Shown one piece after another: positions 28,102 through 33,758 of a stretch of DNA of 61,500 nucleotides (position 1 is its first letter; every line of letters begins with the position of its first letter). The stretch spans positions 1 to 61,500 of IMG/VR virus record IMGVR_UViG_3300047509_000139; one strand, written 5' to 3'. Position numbers and translations under genes: made by a program. Below the pieces are notes generated by a model. That model made no database searches and was not told where the DNA came from. It saw nothing but the letters and a program-made list of their open reading frames with translations. The DNA comes from a virus. Taxonomy: Duplodnaviria; Caudoviricetes.

Positions 28102-28919
28102 AGATCTTTCCACCCTTTCCGTTGTTTCTCTGGTTCCGTTCTGGCCGGCGGTCGTATTGGGCGCTTCCACTCCACTTCCAAGAACTTTAGAGGCTTAGGT
28201 ATAAAACGGGGATTGCCTTGATATTCAGGCCGGTGTGCTCCAAGTGACGAGATCCTTTGACTTTTCTGATCAGGGTCTAGTGATTTCCAACAGAACTGAA
28301 ACGCCTGAGCAAAATCATCCTCGATGAATGCGCCGCCTAGTTTTTCGTATTCACTCTTGAACACTCCGAAGTCTTCGCTCTGCTTCCAGCGCTCATTAGA
28401 AAAGTGCCCGTTCTGCGGAACCTGAACGGACGTTGAACGAACGTTAGGAACGCCCTCTCTTGTTTTTGTAGTTGAAGTAGTTGTTGTAGTAGTAGGTATA
28501 GGTATAGGTTCAACAGCCGTTGTCAAGTCCGTTGTGGTATCCGTTTGAACAGATCTTGAACGAACGTTCAACGCTCGTTCGCGTCTTGCTTGCCCTGATT
28601 TTACTCCAGCAGTTTTCTTTTGAGCATGATAGGAGAATAGACGTTCGCGGACTTCGTCTACCTTGCGATGTACCAACCTGTCTCCATTTGGAGTTGAAAC
28701 CGCCTCGAACAGTACGCAAACTTCGCTCCATGCTGACGCGAACTCGCGCCCATCCGTACCAGATATGAGCTTGATCTGGTTTTTATCAGCCGGCAAACTT
28801 CCCTCCAAGTAACAATAATCGAGTAACTCTCGGTACAATCCGCGACCGGCAAGAGACAGCTTTAAGCGCGTTTCCGATTCCCTCCAGTCGGCTATGTACC
28901 ATGGGTAAGACTGAATCAA
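28098..28919 (-). CDS. DUF1376/YdaU-family phage replication initiator
   Basis: YPWYIADW...LSLAGRGLYRELLDYCY.EGSLP; low-complexity linker with repeats. Confidence 0.8.
   Translation of the reverse strand: MIQSYPWYIADWRESETRLKLSLAGRGLYRELLDYCYLEGSLPADKNQIKLISGTDGREFASAWSEVCVLFEAVSTPNGDRLVHRKVDEVRERLFSYHAQKKTAGVKSGQARRERALNVRSRSVQTDTTTDLTTAVEPIPIPTTTTTTSTTKTREGVPNVRSTSVQVPQNGHFSNERWKQSEDFGVFKSEYEKLGGAFIEDDFAQAFQFCWKSLDPDQKSQRISSLGAHRPEYQGNPRFIPKPLKFLEVEWKRPIRPPARTEPEKQRKGWKDL
28423..28580. repeat. iteron-like repeats, putative origin inside the initiator gene
   Basis: TTGAACGAACGTT at 28433-28445 and 28556-28568 plus partial TGAAC copies flanking a strand-skewed tract. Confidence 0.5.
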
Positions 28920-29226
28920 ATGACCGATTCCTCCCAGTAGCGCAGTAGATACTCAGCGAGTTGTTCGGCGGACGCACTTCTAGCGTCCAACGTGTTCGAA
29001 TCGTTCATTGTTTCCCCAAACCCACGAGGAACAGTCGTGGGGGGCCGGATGGCGGGTTTGGGAGTTGGTTTGGAACCACCCAAGCCCCGTGTCCGACTGC
29101 TTGCCTACGCCGCGGGGATCAGCCGCTTGCGGTTGAACATCAGGCTTTCAAACTATACTACGACGCGGACCGAATTGCAATAGAAAACTATATATCAAGT
29201 AGCGGACAGAAAGCAACGGGAAAATA

Positions 29227-29255
29227 TTGCAATCGCGCCGGAGACGGCTTATAAT
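29227..29255 (+). promoter_or_regulatory. promoter of tRNA block 1
   Basis: TTGCAA-17 nt-TATAAT. Confidence 0.85.
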
Positions 29256-29261
29256 CCTTGC

Positions 29262-29333
29262 ATGGACCACGCAACCATGCGACTAAGCAGTTCACTCCGG
29301 TCCTTGTTATCACTCTGTTTGTATAGTTGGTAA
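29262..29333 (+). CDS. leader peptide 1 MDHATMRLSSSLRSLLSLCLYSW
   Basis: ATG 6 nt after TATAAT; 15 of the last 16 codons are Ser/Leu/Cys/Tyr/Trp, the amino acids of block 1. Confidence 0.75.
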   Translation: MDHATMRLSSSLRSLLSLCLYSW

Positions 29334-29339
29334 TCCCAC

Positions 29340-29430
29340 CGAAGGGATGGGAGCAGTTGGCCGCTCCGCTCGTTTGCTAAACGAGAAATCCTTTTGGGAC
29401 ACGAGGGTTCGATTCCCTCCCCTTCGGCCA
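29340..29430 (+). tRNA. tRNA-Ser(GCT)
   Basis: Cloverleaf, long variable arm, loop TTGCTAA, G73-CCA. Confidence 0.85.
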
Positions 29431-29432
29431 TA

Positions 29433-29443
29433 GCTCTTTGACA
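29433..29443 (+). promoter_or_regulatory. boxA-like antitermination site
   Basis: GCTCTTTGACA versus rrn boxA GCTCTTTAACA. Confidence 0.65.
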
Positions 29444-29455
29444 TCTGAATCTTTT

Positions 29456-29543
29456 GGGTGGTTCGTCTAGCGGCAATGGCTCCTGGCTGTAACCCAGGCG
29501 ACGGTCTCCGTCTACATAGGTTCGAGTCCTATACCACCCACCA
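29456..29543 (+). tRNA. tRNA-Tyr(GTA)
   Basis: Cloverleaf with variable arm, loop CTGTAAC, CCA. Confidence 0.92.
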
Positions 29544-29546
29544 TGT

Positions 29547-29631
29547 GGCCCTCTGGCGTAATTGGCAGCCGCGCTGGTCCTAGAAACCAGTGCCTTCGGG
29601 CGTAAGAGTTCAAGTCTCTTGGGGGCCACCA
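29547..29631 (+). tRNA. tRNA-Leu(TAG)
   Basis: Loop CCTAGAA (C33), variable arm, CCA. Confidence 0.92.
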
Positions 29632-29639
29632 AAGTTTTT

Positions 29640-29723
29640 AGGCCCGTGGTGGAACGGTTTACGCAGCGCGCTCAAAACGCGTGGTCTTCGGACATGAGGG
29701 TTCGACTCCCTCCGGGCCTACCA
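29640..29723 (+). tRNA. tRNA-Leu(CAA)
   Basis: Loop CTCAAAA, variable arm, CCA. Confidence 0.92.
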
Positions 29724-29728
29724 AAGAT

Positions 29729-29804
29729 GGGGGATAGGCTCGACTGGGAGAGCGCCGGACTCCAAACCCGGTATTGCAGAGTTCGAATCTCTGATCCCCC
29801 GCCA
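29729..29804 (+). tRNA. tRNA-Trp(CCA)
   Basis: Loop CTCCAAA, G73-CCA. Confidence 0.9.
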
Positions 29805-29816
29805 AGAACATAATAC

Positions 29817-29891
29817 CCAGGGGATGCTGATCGGTTAAGCGGTCGCCTGCAAAGCGACTTGTGGCGGGTTCGATTCCCGCTCCCTGGTCCA
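29817..29891 (+). tRNA. tRNA-Cys(GCA)
   Basis: Loop CTGCAAA, U73-CCA. Confidence 0.9.
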
Positions 29892-29892
29892 C

Positions 29893-29979
29893 GGAAGGTA
29901 GGGGGCTCTGGGATGCCCAACCAGCTTCGAATACTGGCCCTCCGCAAGGATGATCGTTCGAATCGATTACCTTCCGCCA
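29893..29979 (+). tRNA. tRNA-Ser(CGA), 8/4 fold
   Basis: GGAAGGTA/TACCTTCC acceptor, ATCG/CGAT T stem, loop TTCGAAT. Confidence 0.8.
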
Positions 29980-29986
29980 CTTTCAC

Positions 29987-30071
29987 GGAGAGTACGGCAG
30001 TAGGATCTGCAATCGGGTTTGAATTCCGACGCTCCTTCGGGATGGCCGTTCGAGTCGGCTACTCTCCTCCA
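29987..30071 (+). tRNA. tRNA-Ser(TGA), 8/4 fold
   Basis: GGAGAGTA/TACTCTCC, GCCG/CGGC, loop TTTGAAT. Confidence 0.8.
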
Positions 30072-30079
30072 TGCCTTGC

Positions 30080-30164
30080 AGAGAGCGCCGCCGATGGTTG
30101 GCGACCGGTTTGGAACACCGGGGATTCCTTCGGGAATGCGGTTCGATTCCGCCGCTCTCTGCCA
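30080..30164 (+). tRNA. tRNA-Ser(GGA), 8/4 fold
   Basis: AGAGAGCG/CGCTCTCT, GCGG/CCGC, loop TTGGAAC. Confidence 0.85.
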
Positions 30165-30173
30165 AAATACCTG

Positions 30174-30202
30174 TTGCAATGTTCAAAACTTTGCTTTAGT
30201 AT
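30174..30202 (+). promoter_or_regulatory. promoter of tRNA block 2
   Basis: TTGCAA-17 nt-TAGTAT. Confidence 0.75.
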
Positions 30203-30253
30203 TGAATTGCGAAGGAACTGCCCTACCCAGTAGGCATTTAGACTGTTTAGACA

Positions 30254-30346
30254 ATGATTCGAACCGTCCAATTCGGGAGAAGGCCGCAAGGAACAAATCC
30301 AACGTGCGCCGCCATCATGGCAGACACGCATGAAGGCGGTCCTTAG
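30254..30346 (+). CDS. leader peptide 2 MIRTVQFGRRPQGTNPTCAAIMADTHEGGP
   Basis: 30 codons, 26 different; no Ser/Leu/Tyr/Trp; stop codon overlaps the antiterminator strand. Confidence 0.7.
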   Translation: MIRTVQFGRRPQGTNPTCAAIMADTHEGGP

Positions 30347-30384
30347 CCCCAGTTGAACAGGTGTTGTTAGTTTTCAACGGGGCT
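30345..30384 (+). promoter_or_regulatory. antiterminator hairpin
   Basis: AGCCCC-A-GTTGAA (30345-30357) pairs with TTCAACGGGGCT (30373-30384), which overlaps the terminator 5' arm. Confidence 0.75.
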
Positions 30385-30413
30385 GATCGAAAGATTGGCC
30401 CCGTTTTGTTTTT
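30376..30413 (+). terminator. intrinsic terminator (attenuator) before tRNA block 2
   Basis: AACGGGGCTGATC-GAAA-GATTGGCCCCGTT followed by TTGTTTTT. Confidence 0.85.
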
Positions 30414-30414
30414 G

Positions 30415-30488
30415 CGGGGTGTAGCTGGAAGGTCGAGCCCGTGGCCTGGGACCACGAGATTGGAGTTCAATTCTCCACACCCCGACCA
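30415..30488 (+). tRNA. tRNA-Pro(TGG)
   Basis: Loop CCTGGGA (C33), CCA. Confidence 0.88.
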
Positions 30489-30495
30489 TGAGTTT

Positions 30496-30573
30496 CGGGA
30501 TGTAGCGCAGTCTGGTCAGCGCACACGCCTCGGGCGCGTGGGGCCGCTGGTTCGAATCCAGCCATCCAGACCA
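30496..30573 (+). tRNA. tRNA-Pro(CGG)
   Basis: Loop CTCGGGC, CCA. Confidence 0.92.
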
Positions 30574-30656
30574 AGTTCGCTGCGGCGAGAATCGTCACGG
30601 AAGACGGGATGCTGCTGTAAGGGCGATAACCGTAGCACCCGCGCCACAGCGATTCA

Positions 30657-30668
30657 GTTCTTTGACAA
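30657..30668 (+). promoter_or_regulatory. boxA-like antitermination site
   Basis: GTTCTTTGACAA, preceded by a branched hairpin at 30577-30652. Confidence 0.65.
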
Positions 30669-30688
30669 TTGAAAGTCTTGATTCATAA

Positions 30689-30762
30689 GCGGGCGTGGTA
30701 TAGAGGCCGTGCCCTGGGCTTCCAACCCAGAGACGAGGATTCGAATTCCTCCACCCGCTCCA
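30689..30762 (+). tRNA. tRNA-Gly(TCC)
   Basis: Loop CTTCCAA, U73-CCA. Confidence 0.9.
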
Positions 30763-30770
30763 ATTTGCTT

Positions 30771-30845
30771 GCTGGGTTCGTCTAGCGGCTAGGATTGGGC
30801 GTTGCCAATGCTCAGACACGGGTTCGAGTCCCGTACCCCGCACCA
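30771..30845 (+). tRNA. tRNA-Gly(GCC)
   Basis: Loop TTGCCAA, CCA. Confidence 0.88.
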
Positions 30846-30846
30846 T

Positions 30847-30921
30847 GCCGGAATAGCTCAGGTGGAAGAGCACCTCACTCGTAACGAGGAGATCTGGTTT
30901 CGATTACCAGTTCTGGCTCCA
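30847..30921 (+). tRNA. tRNA-Thr(CGT)
   Basis: Loop CTCGTAA, CCA. Confidence 0.9.
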
Positions 30922-30995
30922 GCCGGTATAGCTCAGTGGAAGAGCAGTTGCTTGGTAAGCAACCGACGAGCGTTCAATTCGCTCTGCTGGCTCCA
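30922..30995 (+). tRNA. tRNA-Thr(GGT)
   Basis: Loop TTGGTAA, CCA. Confidence 0.92.
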
Positions 30996-31001
30996 AGTTT
31001 T

Positions 31002-31076
31002 GCCGCGCAAGCATTGCTGGCGATGCGCTGCTCCTGTAAAGCAGTGAATTCCGTTCGATTCGGAAGCGTGGCTCCA
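31002..31076 (+). tRNA. tRNA-Thr(TGT)
   Basis: Loop CCTGTAA (C33), CCA. Confidence 0.88.
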
Positions 31077-31077
31077 T

Positions 31078-31154
31078 CCCCTCCAAGCTCTCCGGGTGGG
31101 CGCTCGTCTGATACGCGAGTTATCGACTGTGTTCGATTCACAGGGAGGGGACCA
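31078..31154 (+). tRNA. tRNA-Ile(GAT)
   Basis: Loop CTGATAC, CCA. Confidence 0.85.
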
Positions 31155-31201
31155 AGTTCTATTGCGGAACCCGGTGCGTTATGCCGTAGCATATAAGCTT
31201 A

Positions 31202-31550
31202 ATGGCGAACCGATACGCATACGTAAAGAAGGCAATTGCTAAAAGGAAACTCTGGGCCGACAAACTTAAGGATCGTCCATGTGAGCGATGTGGTATCAGG
31301 TATCCGCCATGTTGTCATGGAGTGGCATCATAGAGATCGAGCCAAGAAGTCCTTTGGGATTGGCCCAGGCAATTTTACGCGCAGTCGCAAGTTGTTACTT
31401 GAAGAGATTGCCAAGTGCGATTTGTATTGCGCTAACTGTCATCGTTTGGTTGAGGAATCATTGCGGCGAAGTGGACCGGTGCCATGCGAGGCTCATAACC
31501 TCAGCGAGTCCGTTCAACTCGGAACGCCGCAACCATTTTTGGGGTGCTAG
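31202..31550 (+). pseudogene. HNH endonuclease inserted in the tRNA array, frameshifted
   Basis: KDRPCERCGIRYPP in one frame; VMEWHH...EEIAKCDLYCANCHR in the next; extra base near 31290. Confidence 0.8.
31462..31535 (+). tRNA. tRNA-Met(CAT), initiator-like
   Basis: TGCGGCG/CGCCGCA-A-CCA, loop CTCATAA. Confidence 0.8.
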
Positions 31551-31616
31551 CTCATTCAGGAGAGCGCCGGTCCTGCAAACCGGAGGCGCTGGGGGCAGAG
31601 CCCAGGCATTCCACCA
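31541..31616 (+). tRNA. tRNA-Ala(TGC)
   Basis: G3:U70, loop CCTGCAA (C33), atypical T loop GGCAGAG. Confidence 0.85.
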
Positions 31617-31621
31617 TTTTC

Positions 31622-31697
31622 GCAGGGGAGGCCGTCGTGGTCGAGGCGCTGGCCTGAAAAGCCAGACAAGCACGTTCGATTCGTGCCCCCTGCACCA
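31622..31697 (+). tRNA. tRNA-Phe(GAA)
   Basis: Loop CTGAAAA, CCA. Confidence 0.88.
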
Positions 31698-31700
31698 GAT

Positions 31701-31775
31701 GTGACCGTGGCCGAGTGGCTTAGGCGTGCGGCTGTGAACCGCTCCACGAGAGTTCAATTCTCTCCGGTCACCCCA
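31701..31775 (+). tRNA. tRNA-His(GTG)
   Basis: Loop CTGTGAA, C73-CCA; T rather than G at -1. Confidence 0.9.
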
Positions 31776-31782
31776 TTGTTGA

Positions 31783-31857
31783 TGGCGGGTCGTTCAGTGG
31801 CCAGGACGGCAGATTTTGAATCTGTTCACGCCGGTTCGAGTCCGGCCCCGCTAACCA
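31783..31857 (+). tRNA. tRNA-Gln(TTG)
   Basis: U1-A72, loop TTTTGAA, CCA. Confidence 0.9.
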
Positions 31858-31858
31858 T

Positions 31859-31933
31859 AGCCGGTTCATTCAGCGCTTAGGATTCCTGGCTCTGACCCAG
31901 GCCACGAAGGTTGAAATCCTTCACCGGCTACCA
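31859..31933 (+). tRNA. tRNA-Gln(CTG)
   Basis: Loop CTCTGAC; D loop GC and T loop TTG (swapped 19:56 pair). Confidence 0.85.
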
Positions 31934-31940
31934 TTTTCAA

Positions 31941-32018
31941 GCCCCCGTCGTTCAATGGATTAGGATACTGCGCTACGAACGCAGAGATTTGTAGGTTCGA
32001 GTCCTACCGGGGGTACCA
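31941..32018 (+). tRNA. tRNA-Arg(ACG)
   Basis: Loop CTACGAA, A20, CCA. Confidence 0.92.
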
Positions 32019-32022
32019 TTTT

Positions 32023-32100
32023 GACCGTGTAGCTCAGTTGGAAACGAGCGCTGTCCTCCGAAGGCAGAGGCCGCTGGTTCGATCCCAGCCACGGTCACCA
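32023..32100 (+). tRNA. tRNA-Arg(CCG)
   Basis: Loop CTCCGAA, A20, CCA. Confidence 0.92.
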
Positions 32101-32108
32101 AAGTTTAT

Positions 32109-32183
32109 GGGCGCGTCTTCCAGCGGCCAGGATGGGGCTCTGTCTAAGCCTCGACGGGAGTTCAACTCTCCTCGCGCCCGCCA
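32109..32183 (+). tRNA. tRNA-Asp(GTC)
   Basis: Loop CTGTCTA (U37), G73-CCA. Confidence 0.88.
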
Positions 32184-32189
32184 TATTAC

Positions 32190-32266
32190 GTCCGCATGGT
32201 GCAGACGGCTAGCATACCTGATTCTCAATCAGGAGATCGCGGGTTCGAGTCCCGCTGCGGACGCCA
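32190..32266 (+). tRNA. tRNA-Glu(CTC)
   Basis: Loop TTCTCAA, CCA. Confidence 0.92.
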
Positions 32267-32267
32267 C

Positions 32268-32343
32268 GGCCCAGAGCACGAACGGATGAGTGCCCTGACT
32301 TTCAATCAGGTGACAGTGGGGTCAGCACCCACCTGGGCTACCA
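32268..32343 (+). tRNA. tRNA-Glu(TTC)
   Basis: Loop CTTTCAA; atypical T loop GTCAGCA. Confidence 0.8.
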
Positions 32344-32350
32344 AGTTTTC

Positions 32351-32425
32351 GGGACCAAAGCTTAGATGGCGAAGCAGGAGGCTCTTAACCTTCAGAACTC
32401 GGTTCGATTCCGAGTGGTCCCACCA
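32351..32425 (+). tRNA. tRNA-Lys(CTT)
   Basis: Loop CTCTTAA, CCA. Confidence 0.9.
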
Positions 32426-32431
32426 AGTTGT

Positions 32432-32518
32432 TGGCAGGTACCCGAGCGGTAGCAGGGATCTGGCTGTTAACCAGACGGCGCAAGCCCATCGCAGGTTCGA
32501 ATCCTGCCCTGCCAGCCA
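32432..32518 (+). tRNA. tRNA-Asn(GTT) with long variable arm
   Basis: U1-A72, G73, loop CTGTTAA, GGC-GCAA-GCC variable hairpin. Confidence 0.88.
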
Positions 32519-32526
32519 ACATTCGA

Positions 32527-32600
32527 TTCCTGGTCGTCCAACGGCAGGGCGGTGTTCTTATAAAGCACTTACGGTGGTTCGACTCCACCCCAGGGAACCA
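32527..32600 (+). tRNA. tRNA-Ile(TAT)
   Basis: Loop CTTATAA, A73-CCA. Confidence 0.88.
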
Positions 32601-32601
32601 T

Positions 32602-32680
32602 GCGGGAGTCACCGGTATTGGCATCCGGTCCTAGTCCTACAAACTAGTGATTGCTGGTTCAATTCCAGCCTCCCGTACCA
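32602..32680 (+). tRNA. tRNA-Val(TAC)
   Basis: Loop CCTACAA (C33); 5-bp D stem. Confidence 0.85.
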
Positions 32681-32685
32681 TTTTC

Positions 32686-32761
32686 GGGAAGGTAGCTCAA
32701 ACGGCAGAGCGCAGTCCTTTTAAGTCTGGCGATCGGGGTTCGAGGCCCCGCCTTCCCACCA
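32686..32761 (+). tRNA. tRNA-Lys(TTT)
   Basis: Loop CTTTTAA, CCA. Confidence 0.88.
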
Positions 32762-32763
32762 AG

Positions 32764-32842
32764 ATCCCCGTATCGGTCCTGTTTCCTAAACAGGTAAAGC
32801 CGTAATTGGACGATGCGAGTTCGAGTCTCGCCGGGGATACCA
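32764..32842 (+). tRNA. non-canonical tRNA-Arg(CCT), D arm absent from its usual position
   Basis: 7-bp acceptor, CCTGT-TTCCTAA-ACAGG, CGT-AATTGG-ACG 3' of the anticodon arm, canonical T arm, CCA. Confidence 0.75.
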
Positions 32843-32843
32843 C

Positions 32844-32920
32844 GGGCGCGTACCGGCCTCGGTTTCTACCCGAGTTCACCGTAATGGACGATGCGGGTTC
32901 AAGTCCCGCCGCGCCTTCCA
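32844..32920 (+). tRNA. non-canonical tRNA-Arg(TCT), D arm absent from its usual position
   Basis: 7-bp acceptor, CTCGG-TTTCTAC-CCGAG, CGT-AATGG-ACG 3' of the anticodon arm, canonical T arm, CCA. Confidence 0.75.
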
Positions 32921-33031
32921 CCTCGTTCGTTGAGCTTGCCGCACGCGATGGCATCGCGCTTGCGCACCGCTCTCCGAAGCTTGCGCCGTTTCTGCTCGTT
33001 GCGCCACTTCGTCTGTTCTCGTGTAGTCATC

Positions 33032-33244
33032 TCAGTTTCGAGCCTTTGCCCTGGAGTCGATGGCCGGCCCAGGCATGGAAGTTATGAACCACCGGTCATC
33101 GTCGTTCTCGCCGAGTGCCCAGAGCAGGGTCTTGCATGCAGCTATCTTGCTGTAGACGATGCGAGGATCGTGAGCTTTGCGGCAGTCCATGGAGAGCAGT
33201 GCTTTCAGTTTTTCTCTCAACTCCTGCTTTGTCTTGACGCTCAT
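33032..33244 (-). CDS. hypothetical protein
   Basis: AGGAG upstream of MSVKTKQ; ATGA overlap. Confidence 0.5.
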   Translation of the reverse strand: MSVKTKQELREKLKALLSMDCRKAHDPRIVYSKIAACKTLLWALGENDDDRWFITSMPGPAIDSRAKARN

Positions 33245-33570
33245 TGCGAACTCCTTGGCAGCGCTGGGCCGTCGCTCAGCCGATTCTTCAACCTGCCCTG
33301 ATTCGCCGGAGTAAAGTCTTCCTGGTCCAGCTTTTCGCGCGGGTTGAGAGCTTGCAACGCTCCGTCCTTGGTCAACCAAAACAGAGAGTCGCCGCCGAAT
33401 GGTATGGTACTACCCTGGCGTACGCATGCGTTTCCCTCGACAACCATTTGCATCCAGTCCACATAATCATCGTGATCTACGCCGGCAACGAAGCGGTTGC
33501 GGTAGGACATCCGCATCTTGTTCGGCAAGCCCAAGGCATGGCGAGCGAGTTCCCTTTGTTTCTCTGTCAT
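33241..33570 (-). CDS. conserved phage protein (ARHALGL...SYRNRF type)
   Basis: QRELARHALGLPN...SYRNRFVAG. Confidence 0.7.
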   Translation of the reverse strand: MTEKQRELARHALGLPNKMRMSYRNRFVAGVDHDDYVDWMQMVVEGNACVRQGSTIPFGGDSLFWLTKDGALQALNPREKLDQEDFTPANQGRLKNRLSDGPALPRSSQ

Positions 33571-33758
33571 GGTTGGACCTTCTGCCCAATTCGTGTATTC
33601 CACTGAAAGGCTGCACCGCCTTGGTCTCCACCGATTGGCCCGGTGGCCCCGCATGGGCATGTGACCCGAACGCCACGAGGCGATGCTAGAAACGATAAAT
33701 CTTCTCCGGATTCACCGCACCACGGGCACGGTAGCAGTTTATCAGTCTTGACGCTCAC
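33567..33758 (-). CDS. Lar-family zinc-ribbon protein
   Basis: LLPCPWCG...CPCGATGP...WNTR. Confidence 0.75.
   Translation of the reverse strand: MSVKTDKLLPCPWCGESGEDLSFLASPRGVRVTCPCGATGPIGGDQGGAAFQWNTRIGQKVQP

Noticed and set aside
32844-32920. Amber suppressor (CTA) reading of the last tRNA
   Set aside because: The 5-bp stem closes a 7-nt loop TTTCTAC with TCT centred; the paralogous neighbour has CCT; TAG is used as a normal stop elsewhere.
29249-33087. Many listed ORFs of 60-175 aa over the tRNA array on both strands
   Set aside because: They are translations of tRNA sequence (GSNP/GFEP-type signatures); only the two leaders and the HNH remnant have independent support.
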